A stretch of 64,000 nucleotides of DNA from contig MU058337.1 of the NCBI GenBank assembly GCA_013265495.1, positions 6,802,716-6,866,715 of the forward strand, written 5' to 3'. Both the position numbers and the translations under genes were made by a program. Source of the stretch: Vicugna vicugna. Its lineage: Eukaryota. A model generated the notes under the pieces. It was not told the origin of the DNA. It saw nothing but the letters and a program-made list of their open reading frames with translations, and searched no databases. Shown here piece after piece: positions 36,120 through 47,834 of this stretch; position 1 is the stretch's first letter, and each line of letters starts with the position of its first letter.

Positions 36120-36620
36120 TCAAGCCTCCTTCTTAAAACACTTTCTTCATTTGGCTTCAGGGACATCCCACTCCTGGTTTTCCTCCTGTGTGACTCTGTG
36201 CCTCTTCTCGGGTCTCCACTGCTGGCTCTTCCTCCTTGCAGACTCTAAATGATGAGTGATCTGGGAGTGCCCTCTTCTCTCCTCTACCTAGATTCTCTCA
36301 ACACTCTCAAACAAGTCCACGGGTATGAATAACATTTGTATGCCAAACACTCCACCCTCATGGTTCCCATCAAGTGTCACCTCCTCAGAGAGGCCTTCCC
36401 TGACTTCACCTGTAACTCCCCACATACTTACCTCGCTTTATCTTACATCAAAGCATAATCAATCACCTCTTGACCTTATATTAGAAAATCAATTGTATAT
36501 TGTCTGTCCAGCACTTGAATATGTGTCATGGATGTTGAATTGTTTGCTGATGCATCTAAATGACTAAGAATAGTGCCTGGCATATGAGAGGTGCACAACA
36601 GACATTTATAGCAAAAGAAG
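36120..36620 (+). mobile_element. L2 fragment
   Basis: aaacactttcttcatttggcttc...gtcacctcctcagagaggccttccctgac...agaatagtgcctggcatat. Confidence 0.7.
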
Positions 36621-37971
36621 CAATGATAACCTTTATTTAATATTGTGCTTCGAAGCTTGTGGGTTTCTTTTATGTGCAATCATGTTCCTCCCAGCATCAA
36701 TTTAACCCTCAGAGAAAAGGTCTTGCCTACATTTGTGAATATCAGGGCAATAACTTCTCTTCCTTTGGAGATCTCTTACAATTTTTTCACTCAGAACACT
36801 TAAATGTACTCCCAGTTCCATGCGTTAGTAGGTGTGTGACTGTCACTTGAGGAGACTGAACTTATAACATCTCTTGGATGACTTCAGGCCGTGCCATCTG
36901 TCTCTCACATAAAAGGAATGTGGTTCTCAGAAAGGGACAAGTGATTCAAATTAATGGACGAACAAAAGTGTTTGAATGCTGAATTCCAAAAAATCCAGGG
37001 CTATTTAGATTAGTGGTTCTCAGTTGCTTCTCTTCGGCCAAAATACATGCCTATCAGCTACTCATTTTTATACAGCCATAAATGTTTTTGCTGGACGTAA
37101 AATAGTATGAAACATTTTTATTCACAACTATCAGCCACTAACTCCCAGAATCACAGCCCACCCTTACACGGGGGTTATCGAGCAAACATGGTTCTTGCTT
37201 CAATGCCCCTCCAGGAGAGGTGCAGACAACAATATCCAGACCTCTGTCCATCTTATATTATTGCTAAGCCTGTGAATCTGTGTGGCTAAGTCCACAAAAA
37301 TATTCACTGGGCAATTCTGAGCAGCCAAAGAAATGCATTCATTTACAACGTCTACTGAGGGTTTTTGAGCCTCATACACGAGAATTTGGTCACTTGTGTC
37401 AAACTACTGGTTTGTACTCTGACTCTTTCCACAATCTAAATAGAATGAATTTGTGCATATTTCTCCCTGAGGACACAAAAAGGGAGCTTGAGGCTGATGT
37501 TAAAATGGATTCCTCGTTCTCTGGGAACTCAGTGGGCTGGTTATGTTATCAAACGTTCTGGCACAGTCCTTCCTGGGAGCTGACAGTTCACAATCTCAAG
37601 GCACACATTCAAGGAAATGTGTGACAGCTCTGGCACTTTGTAGGGGGCAGCGAGGCTCTAGGGCCTGCTGACAGAGCTATGGAACACAAACCATACAGCA
37701 GGGAACCCTGGGCGGCCTGGGCTTCTCACCAGCAACACAGCTAACTGTCCTCACAGGAATCTCCTGCAAGGGGGTTGGACTGATTGACAATGAAACAGAA
37801 ACTAAATCAAGAGGAGTGACTCGCCGGGGGCCTCAAAGAGCACACCACTAGTGTTAAATAAATCCAAAAGCAGCAGCTGTGTCCAGTGCTCTAGAGATTC
37901 GAGGTTTAGACGCGGGACAGGTGTCATCTGTAAAGCCTTAGCAATTTCATTAGAATCTAAGAGGACTTGTG

Positions 37972-38356
37972 TGTATTAGTCAGGAGAGGTTCACAGCCTT
38001 AACCTACAATAGGCAAATCTAATTGGCTTAACTAAAAAAGAGTCACAGTCTAGTACATGCTCCTTGTAGTCATTCAAGGATTCAGGCTTCATTCATCTGG
38101 TGGTCCTTGCATTCTCCAGAGCCCAGGAAGCCTCAGAAGATTCTGTGTATCCAACCAAGAGACAAGGCAAGGGGTACACATGGAGAATCCAAGAAGGGAG
38201 TAGGGGCCACATCCACAAATGCCACATGTCCCTTCTCTCCACGTTCCATCAGCCAGGACTAGTTATGTGACCACCCCTAGACAAGAGGACCTGGCAGGTA
38301 TGGTCTGGCTGTGTGACCAACCTGATGTCGGTGAGCACTAGCAGCCTCTGCTACAG
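37972..38356 (-). mobile_element. Old MaLR LTR (MLT1I/J-like)
   Basis: tgtattagtcagg...gtcattcaaggattcaggct...ggactagttatgtgaccacccc...ggtgagcactagcagcctctgctaca. Confidence 0.65.
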
Positions 38357-39838
38357 ACGTTCCACCAAAGAATGAGACTCAGTTTTGAAAACAAGCTTGT
38401 CAAGTTTGAGAAATGTCAACCAGACTGACCTTCAAAGCAGGTTCCATAAGAGGTCCTAAACCTAATTTAAGTAGTGCTGTCTGTTTTCAAAAATGTTCTT
38501 AGACCCACCACTCTTGGAGTTTCCTTCAGAGACAGTACAGAAGCTCATTTCTTCATAGTCACCCTGGTTTCAGACATTTCTCAAAGGATTGCATTTATCC
38601 ATTATTTGGATGGTATCAATCATTGATATCACCAGTATGATATTTGGTTCTAAAGAAAATGCCCTGAGTTGTGCAAACTTTATATAATCAGAAAGTATAA
38701 ATAAAATAATTCTTTGAAAGGTGTGAATAAACAAAGGTAAATGTATCTTCCCAGGGGTATTTTCATTCTTTAAAAGGGAACCTTTGAAGTGTGTTAGAAC
38801 ATTGGCAGAACAGGAGTTTTCTACCATCCTACCCCTAAAGAGCACCAATTTTGAGTCACCTATGGACAAGATGCCTTTTATAGAAGTCCAGGAGTCCAGC
38901 AGAGGGGCTGTAGGGCATCAGTGAAGGAAAAAATTTGGGATCAGACACATTGAAAGATGGAAAGAGGAACAGTTTTGATTTACCTGCATCAGCTCAGTGC
39001 CAAGAGAGATCTTCCTGGCTAGTGATTTCTCCCATGCGGGAAAGTGTGAGCACCTGGATAAAAGCCTAAATAAATCTTTTTAATTTCCCCCTGAAAAATG
39101 GGATTGCAGGTAAAGGGATTATTCAGACTGCATGTGTAAACAACTCTGCATCAACATGGGCTAGTGCCACTTGGAGCCTCTGAAGATCTTTCACTCCTCA
39201 ATCATAAGGAGATTATCCCAAGAATTATGACATTTCTCTAATCTCTAGGAAAGGAGAAGTTGATGTTTTTACTTGTTAAAGTAAAAGGTTCTGGTTCTGT
39301 TTTCTCCAATTGCATATCAATTTGGGAGAATATTTGCTGAGGGGAGCACATACTTCCGCCCTCCCCACCCCGACATTAAATCAAATGGCCAAACTTAACT
39401 GGTTAAAAATTTCAGCCTTCTTTTAGAGATCACCCAGTTTTACTACTAATTGGTTTTAGTTTGGCTCAAAAATGTCTAGAAAAGTCACAATTTTTTCCTG
39501 GTTTTATGTAATGGTTCTTGGTAGGCTGGCTCCCCTGTTAGTTTCTAAATGTAAATTTAGACAAAGGGAGCAATTTGCTTTGGTTCCAACACCTGTCTTT
39601 TCTTCAGTGCTGAAAAAAAAATGTATATGTATAGGATGTGGTTATATTGGAGAGCTTCTGAGCACAGCCTCCCATCTCGGCCCCTCTCTGACCCCGACAG
39701 CTACTGCGGCAGAAACAGCTTCCTGTAGGTGTAAACTGGAAGCCCCCTGCCACAGCTTCTGCCAGCACTTCCTGCTTCCTGCCCCGAAAATATCTACTTG
39801 GCCCTCAGGTCTGTGAACCTATAAGTGTGGGGAGGTGT

Positions 39839-40581
39839 TGATACAGGAAAATGTTGGGTGTGAGAGGATGGCTGTGTCCCAGGTCCCAGGCGAGTCTCTG
39901 GGATGCACCCCATCAAGTGAGGGTCCTTGGCTTTATGCAGGAAAGAATTCAAGAGTGAGCCATAGTTGAGTAAAAGTAGGTTTATTCAGAGAGATGCACA
40001 CTCCATAGGCAGAGTGTAAGCCATCTCAGAAGGCCAGAGAGACCACAAGGCCCAGGGCGTTTAGTTTAAAGAAAAGTAGATACACACTCTATAGACCGAG
40101 TGCAGGCTGTCTCCGAAGGCGAGGGAGGGAGAGGCAGTGGCCTCAGACCATGGGGTCATCTATGAAAGTGAGACTGGTCATGAGGTATGCGGGCGGTTAA
40201 AGCAAAAGTAGGTTTACACACTCCATAGACAGAGTGCAGGCCATCTCTGAAGGCAAGAGAGAGAATGACCACGATGTTGAGTTGTTAGTTTTTATGGGCT
40301 GAGTAACTTCACATGCTAACAAGTGGGAGGATTATTCCAACTGCTTTGGGGAAGGGGCTGGGGTTCCCAGGAACTGGGCCATCACTCACTTTTTGACCTT
40401 TTATGATCTGCCTTGAAACCATCATGGCACCTGTGGGAGTGCCAGTTAGCATGCTATTATATTACAGTGAGTGTATAATGAAGCTCAAGTTCTCCTGGGA
40501 GTTGAGTCTTCTGCCATCTTGGTGCTAAATGCTGTGTCGTTCTTCTAACTGGCTGTACCCTGTCCCCTCCCTCCTGTCTCA
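39839..40581 (-). mobile_element. MER41-like ERV1 solo LTR
   Basis: Termini tgatacagga / tcctgtctca (9/10 inverted), 4-bp TSD gtgt (39835-39838 and 40582-40585), minus-strand AATAAA at ~39981. The segment atgctaacaagtgggaggattattc...ggaactg...catggcacctgtgggagtg...ttagcatgcta...gtataatga...gccatcttgg follows MER41 as I recall it. Confidence 0.8.
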
Positions 40582-40594
40582 GTGTCATGGTTAA

Positions 40595-40904
40595 CAGAAA
40601 TAGATCTGCAGACATAAGAACAAACTTGTGGCTTCCAAAGGGGAAAGGGAGTGAGAGACAGATAAATAAGGTGTTTGGGATTAGCAGATACAAACTACTA
40701 CATATAAAACAGATAAACAACAAAGTTCTTCTGTATAGCACAGGTAACTATATTCAATATCCTATAATAAACCATAATGGAAGAGGATATAAAAAAGAAT
40801 ACATATATATATGTGATCACTATATATATCACTAAATTACTTTGCTGTACACCAGAAACTAACACAACCTTGTAAATCAACTATACTTCAGTTAAAAAAA
40901 AAAA
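40595..40904 (+). mobile_element. L1 3' end with poly(A) (cetartiodactyl-type)
   Basis: tttgggattagcagatacaaactacta...gctgtacaccagaaactaacacaaccttgtaaatcaactatacttca plus an A tract. Confidence 0.9.
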
Positions 40905-40918
40905 GATTACTGTCATTC

Positions 40919-41488
40919 TGAAACCACGCAGAACCCTGTGGGACCCTCCCCGGTACAAATTCTCTCCATATCCCCCATTTCCTGTTTGTAGAAATAGGCT
41001 TCATTCAGCCTCCTCGACCTTCCCTAAATTCCAAGGGGCAGATTCAAACATTGGCTAAGCAGGGAATAGAGGGAGTGCAGAAACACAGGAGGAGCAATGA
41101 AGTAACAACAGTGCAAAGAAGGGGCAGGATCCTGGCTTCTCCTCAAGGAATATACATAATAATATATCTTTGAGCTCTTCTGCGGGAACAAAGGCCCCCA
41201 CCCAGATACAGATGGTAACTTCAGGCTGAGCACAAGAGTCCTGGAACATCACCCTGTTACCTCACCACCAACCCAGCAGAAAAAGTCATAAACCCTCCAG
41301 CCCTCACTCCAAATTTTGCTGATAAAAACTTCCCCAAAACCATGGGGGAATTTGGGCTTTTTAAGTATTAGCTGTCCCAGACTCCTTGTCTGGCACCTTA
41401 CAATCAATGTTGCACTTTCCTTCTCCATAACCAGGTGTCAGTAGACTGGCTTTACTGCGTGTGGGTGAGCAGACCTAAGTTCTCAACA
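40919..41488 (+). mobile_element. ERV1-class solo LTR, copy A of an inverted pair
   Basis: tgaaacc...ctcaaca. Over most of its length it resembles the reverse complement of 42027-42586. No clean TSD. Confidence 0.8.
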
Positions 41489-42026
41489 ATGATAATCTTA
41501 AGCGGCTCTCCTTCCTTGAACGGTTCTTTTTTCCTTCCTCTATTCGACGTGGAGTTGCTTTTGAAGAGATTGGATTTCTCCAAAAATAAGTGATCAGTTT
41601 AAAGGATTACATAATCCCACAGTTATTTTGAGGTATTTTCCTTGGAGATCTTCACTTCCATGTTCTCAGCTCTCACCTAAGTGCAGATGGCTCTTCAGCC
41701 CAAATCTCCTGCCTTAACCTTTCTCTTGATAAGCAGTTGAACCTGTTATTCCAGGTCTATCTCCAACTTTATCATCTGTTGCATAAATATATAAATCCTT
41801 TGTTCCAGTCAAGTTGATCTATTCAACCTTTAAGCATTAGGCACATTTCTAAAACCACACCTCTATCCATCTGCACCCAGGCCTCCCTTTTCTTCTCTGC
41901 TTGCTTCTCTGCCCCTATATGTTAACTCCTACTGCAAGTCCCTCCTCCTCCGTGAAGACTCCCAGCCTTCACTGATCTCTCTGTTCCCTACACACCTATA
42001 TATAGGAGTCACATGCTACCTTAAAC

Positions 42027-42586
42027 TGTTACCTAACAAAAGTTCATGTGCCATGCACAGTGAGGCCAAACAGAAACACTGGAGTTTGGAGCAGAGAAAT
42101 ATTTATTGCAGGGCCAAGCAAGAAGAATGAGCAGCTCGTGCTTGAAAATCCTGAATTCCTGATGGTTTGGAGGGAAAAGTTTTCATAGGCAAAATTTGGG
42201 GTGAGGGCAGCAGGGTGTGTGACTTTCTTCTGCTTGGCTGGTGGTGAGGTTACAGGAGGTGCTCCAGGAATCTTGTGCTCAACTAGAAGTTACCATCCTC
42301 CACCTGGGTGGGGGCCTTATTTCCAGCAGAAGAACTCAGAGACATTGTTATGTATATTCCTTGAAGAGGAACCAGAACACTGCCCCAAGGCTGTGCTATG
42401 TGTCTTGTCTGTTCCTCCCTGGTTCTGCATTCCCTCCCTTCTCTGATTAGCAACTGTTCGAATCTGCACTTTGGAACTCAGGGATGGTTAAGGTGGTTGA
42501 ATGAAGCTTTTGCCTTACCAGCAAGAAATGGAGGACACAAAAGGTATCTGTACCAGGGAGGCCCCCCAGGGTCCTGCTCCGTTTCA
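42027..42586 (-). mobile_element. ERV1-class solo LTR, copy B of an inverted pair
   Basis: tgttacc...cgtttca with 4-bp TSD aaac (42023-42026 and 42587-42590) and a minus-strand AATAAA at ~42103. Confidence 0.88.
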
Positions 42587-42729
42587 AAACCATCTCTTAC
42601 TCTTTTATATAAGTGTGCCTTCTCCCCATCTCAACTGCATATATATTCTCATAACTTCCATGGAGTCTTATGCTGTTTGTGTTTGTTGATTTTACTTTCC
42701 CTGATCCCTATTTCTCCTAGAATGGCAGA

Positions 42730-43725
42730 TGTTTCAGTAACTATTGCTACATAGCAAGCCATCCACAGTTTCTTGGGTTGACTTAGCTCAACTTGGAAGT
42801 TCTTACTTGGAGTCTCTCATTAAGTTGCAATCAAATGTCAGCTGGGGTCTCGGTCATCTGAAGACTCAGTTGGGCTGAACATGCAAGGTGGATCACTCTC
42901 ATGCCATTTGGATGAAGTTGGCTATTGGCTGAGAGTTCAGCTGAGGCTGTCAACCAGAGCACCAAAGCCTAGCTTCACCATGTGCTTTTCATAGCCCAAC
43001 AACTGGGTTCATAGAGAGAGTATCCCAAGAGCAATAGCTCCAAGATTCCCAGGCAAAAGCTTCAAGGCTTATTATAATGTGTCCATTGAAATCCAGAACA
43101 TCCTTTCCACCACATTCTCCTGGAAAAGCAAGTCACTAGTGTGGGACAAGGCAGCATTGTGCCTGGGTTGGTAAAAAAATTTACCTGAGATAAAGGAGTA
43201 GAATAGTAGAGGAGTTTATTAGGGGTACATTGCCATAGGCAACAGCAGGCCACACAGGCAAGAGGTGCCTGTGTAAGAATGGAGGGTTGGTTGCTGGGGT
43301 CTTTTGTAAGGTCAGATCACAAGGTGCCTGATCAGCTTGTGCACAAGTAGGTGAGGTAAGAAATTTAGGGTCCATGAAGGGCAGTGGGGCTTTTGACTCT
43401 GATAAACTGGGCTGAAACAAGGCATCCTGAGCTATTGTGAGATTAGGCATTACCTAGGGCTATTAGTTTGTTAGAGGAAACACGCCCAGTAAAGAATGTA
43501 CTTTATCTGTTGAGGGATCACAGGCAGACATCAGAGAACCCAGAAATGGGGGTCGTTGGACTTTGAAGGCTGTCAGTTGGCCCCACAACTAAGACTGGTC
43601 CAGATTCAAGGGGAAGGGAATAAGACCTCAACCCTTTATGGGAGAGTGACAAGATCACATTGCAGAGGAGCACAGGGGATGGGAATCTAGTGTTGCTGCC
43701 ATCTTGGGAAAATACAATTAGCCAA
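42730..43725 (-). mobile_element. MaLR LTR (MLT1H-like) interrupted by another LTR
   Basis: ggtcatctgaag...aaagcaagtcacta, then the insert, then ccagattcaagggg...gccatcttgggaaaatacaat. Confidence 0.75.
43140..43587 (-). mobile_element. Solo LTR nested in MLT1
   Basis: Inverted termini tgtggg...cccaca, 5-bp near-TSD actag/actaa, minus-strand AATAAA at ~43215. Confidence 0.75.
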
Positions 43726-45199
43726 GGCAGGGAACATGTACATTTCCATTCCAGGGTCACACTAGTTTGTAACCCACCTGCCAAGGTATTGAGGCCTCCT
43801 TGTTGTACATATATATATGTTTCATTCTCCTGGCCTCTGGATAAACCTCTATGCCGTTACTAAGAAAGCCAGCTGGGTGATCAGAACTGAAAACATTCAG
43901 TAGCTCAGAACCAACAAAATAACAAAGTAAGTATCATAACTACACTATCCACTCTCTGCATAATGAAATTATTACTTCCCTAATTTAAAGGACACTGCAG
44001 AGAGGCTGGGAATGTTTGATATCTTGTTTAAGGTGGTGATTGCACAGATTTACTCATTAAGTTGTGGAAAGCAGAAGACAGGTTTGAAAGCTGTTTAGGA
44101 AGAGATTTAGGACCTGGTGATTGGCTGGGTTGTGGAAGAAGTCAGGATGTGAGTTGGCAGCCAGTCTTCACCATGTCCAATGCTGTGTGCACTAATTTTA
44201 CTGTCAAAGCGATGCGTGAAAAGACAGATTAAAACAGACTGCAGAGATTTCCTTGAGATTGGCTTAAATTCCCACTGGAATCATTCCATAACACGGTTAT
44301 TTTTTTCTTTCAATAAGGTGTTCTCCCCAGTGTGTGTGCCAACACCCATTATGTTGCATAGAAGTATTAATGGTCCATGTGGAATTTTTTATTTTTAAAG
44401 TCTCTGGGAAAAACAGAACCTCTCCCCTGCCCCCACCAGCTGAGCTCCCAGACCATGATCCTCTCTCTGGACATGTACAAACCTGTCTGATTTTTTTTTT
44501 TTTTGGTCTTGGGTTACCAGGCCAAGTTACTAAACTGACTCAACTCACCAGTTAAAGACCTATGAATTCAGGGAAAACTAGTCAAACTCATTTAAATCAA
44601 TCCCAGACACAGAGATGGGTCACTGTTTCCCCACTAATTGCATAGCAGGTGCTGAAGTCCCCAGAAGAGACCACAGTTGCAGGGCGAGATGATGACATTG
44701 CAGGTATCATGTTAGCTCTCTTGGTCTCTAAGTCACTACCTATGAGTGTATGCAGTGTAATAATGACTGTTTTGGACATGCTAAATATATAGTTTGACTC
44801 AGCATTTTGCTTTGATGGAAAGAACTTCAGTAGACAATGAATGAATAGGACTTGAATGTGTATCACATTTTAAAACGAGACATGTGGAAACATGTTTCCA
44901 AAACAGGTTAGAGACTTGTTACCCCTAAAATCTTGCCCATCTCAGCGAGTGGCATCATTGTCCACCTGGTTATTCAGGCCAAAAGCCTCAGAGTCAAAAC
45001 ATCTTTCCCACACCTTACCTACCCACTCCACTCCTGCCGCCATATTTAATACATCAGCCAAACTCTAGCTTCAAGTACCTGTACCCTAAACCTACCACTT
45101 GTCACCACATCCACTAGCATCACTCTAGCCCATGCCACCTGACCCTCCTTCATGCACAACTGCAATAGTCTCCTACTTTATTAACAGATTCAACAACAA

Positions 45200-46110
45200 A
45201 AAAATTTTAGTTCCTGCAAGATAAAAAAATACTGTAACAAAATCAATGATAAATGACTAAATAGGAAAAATAATACACACACACATATATAAAACCCAGT
45301 ATAGACTCATTGATATATAAAGAGCTAATACAGATTATTATGAAAAAATAAATATTTAGAAAAGCTGGCAAATTATCTGAATAGTTCGTAACAAAGGAAA
45401 TGTAAATCATTCATAAACAAATGATAAGATGCTTAAGCTCACTGTAATGAGAGACATAGAAATTCAAAGTGTAATGAGATTCTTTTGACCCTTATAAGAT
45501 TGGAAAAATTCAAAAATCTAATAATGCTTCCCAATGGTGATGCACAGGACTAATGTTGGTGGGAGGGCAAATTGGTCCATCCTCTTTGGAGAGCAATTTA
45601 AAAAGTACCATGAAATTTTCATATGCATGTACTTTTTGACTTGGCAATTCTACATCTAGGAATTTATTTTACAGATATGTTTGCACATGAACAAAAGACA
45701 CAAATACACATATACTAACAAAAGAAACTAGTCAAATGTACTGAGAACTGGTTAAGTAAATTTGGTATATCCATAGAGTGGAATACTATGCAACAATGAA
45801 AAAGAATAAAACAAAACTACTTGATATTGATAAGAGAAATTTTTCTAGACATATTATTAAATTGTAAAAAAACAAGATGCAGAAGACATACATAATATGT
45901 TAGCATGTTTAAAAATATGGGTTAGAAAATATAATATATTCCTTGCATACGCATAGACTGTTTCTGGAATGAAAACTGATAACAGTGGTTGCCCTGGAAA
46001 AATTACCTCAGAAGTTGGGGGAAAGGAGAGGACTTACTTTTCACTATATATATTTTTGTGATGTTTAAATTTGTAACATATTTGAGAAATGCCTTTTAAA
46101 AAAATTATAC
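45200..46110 (+). mobile_element. Ancient L1 (L1ME-like) 3' region
   Basis: ggagagcaattta...ttttgacttggcaattctacatctaggaattta...tggtatatccatagagtggaatactatgcaac. Confidence 0.75.
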
Positions 46111-46354
46111 ACAATTAAAGTTTTTTTCTCATGAAAGGGGATAGAGCAATAATTTAATTTTGGTGATATAATAGTTAAATTCAGAAAGAAAAAAGAAAAA
46201 ACTAGTTATATTCTGTCATTTTAAAAGAAAATATTAGTAATACTTTCCTGGAAAAGTGTGAGGTTTTACCTAAAGAGATAATAAAAAAAATTTCATTTCT
46301 ATTATGTCTTTACATTTTCAGACTTATTATGTATAAATGAATACCTCAGACAAA

Positions 46355-46580
46355 ATAATAGCTAATATTAAGAAAGTGTTAACTATGGAGCAAACACTGT
46401 GCAAAGTGCTTCAAATTAACAGTAATGTTTTCATCTTCCAGTTACAGTGGAGGGAATGAAAGCTCAGAGAGATTAAGTAACTTGCCTAAGGTCACACAGC
46501 TAGTAAGTTATAGAGCTGGCTGACTCAAACCTAAGCTGTCTGGCAGGAAAGCCCACTTAACTACTTCTTAACCACTGTGA
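46355..46580 (-). mobile_element. MIR SINE
   Basis: gctcagagagattaagtaacttgcctaaggtcacacagctagtaagt. Confidence 0.85.
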
Positions 46581-46923
46581 AGTTTATTTATTGTGTTATT
46601 AATGACTCATTTGTTTTATACAAATAACACTTAAGGGTATATAATTTCCAAATCAAAACAAGTACTTACTAGAAAAAGACTCTATCCTTCACAACAGGAA
46701 ATAAAAACAGAAATGTTGTAAATTCCTAAGTCCCATAAATAAAGCCATAGTATTGTTTCTGAATTTATGGTCAATGACCCATAGATAAAAATACATCATT
46801 TTAATACATGTGAACAACCATTGGGAAACAGGACCACTGGGTTATATAGACTGTGTACACTATTTTGGGGGTTCATATTCTTGACCTTCATGAAACCTTA
46901 AAGTAATAAATGTTTTAAATCAG

Positions 46924-47834
46924 TGTCAAAGGTTAAACTGTGCCCCTGCACCAGAAGATATGCTGAAGCTCTAACCCCCTGTCATAGGTTGAATTTCGTT
47001 CTCTCAAAATTCCTCTTTGAAGTCCTAACCCTCTTTATCCCAGAATGTAACAGTATCTGGAAAAAGGATCTTTACATAGGTAATTAGATTAAAGTAAGAT
47101 TATTGGGGTGGGCTCTAATCCAATACAACTGGTGTCCTTATAAAAAGGGGACATTAGGACACAGAAACAGACACGTGCAAAGGGAAGACACTATGAAAGG
47201 ACACAGGGAGGAGACTGCCATCTACAAACCAAGGAGAGAAGCAGAAGCGGATCGTCCCTGTACAGCCATAGCTGACACCTCCTTCCCCACCTGTGAATGT
47301 GACCTTATTTGGAAACAGGCCCTTTGCAGATATGATCAAGTTAAAATGAGGCCATCTTCATTAGTTTATGGGCCCTCCTCCAAGGTGATTGGAGTCCTTA
47401 TAAGAAGAAGAAAAGACACACAGACACAGGAGGATCCCCATGTGAAGACAGAGGTGGAGACTGGAGTGATGTTTACAAACCAGGAGATGCCAAGGATGGC
47501 CAGCAATACCAGAAGTGAAGAGAAAAGCACAGGACAGATTCTTCCCTGGAGCCTTCAGAGTGAGCAGACCCTGCCTGACACCTTGATTTCAACCTTGTGG
47601 CCTCCAGAACTATGAAACAAAACATTTCTGTTGTTTTAAGCCACCCAGTACTTGCCCTAGGATTTGTTTGCTTTTTTTTTTTTGGCAGGGGAGGAGATAA
47701 TTACGTTTATGTATGTATTTATTGTTGGAGGACATACCGGGGATTGAACCCAGGACCACATGCTTGCTAAGAATGTGCTCTACTGCTTGAGCTATACCCT
47801 TTCCCCCAAGTACTTGACCTAGGAAATGAATACA
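46924..47834 (+). mobile_element. MLT1C-like LTR containing a second MLT1 LTR (from 46980) and a SINE
   Basis: Two LTR starts (tgtcaaaggttaaactgtg and tgtcataggttgaattt). The outer element resumes at cctgtgaatgtgaccttatttggaaa (~47290) and ends ggaaatgaataca. Confidence 0.75.
47663..47808 (-). mobile_element. tRNA-Ala-derived camelid SINE (Vic-1-type)
   Basis: Reverse tRNA head. 16-bp TSD agtacttg(c/a)cctagga at 47647-47662 and 47809-47824. Confidence 0.9.

Noticed and set aside
39997..40254. CRISPR-like repeat-spacer array
   Set aside because: Only three degenerate, unevenly spaced units inside a mammalian LTR, with no cas genes.
40919..42586. A provirus bounded by two LTRs
   Set aside because: The LTRs are inverted and diverged, the second has its own TSD, and no primer-binding site or gag/pol is evident in the spacer.
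47103..47615. 170-aa ORF (also 17613-17996 and 28450-28980)
   Set aside because: These lie wholly or largely in MaLR LTR sequence and are typical chance repeat ORFs.
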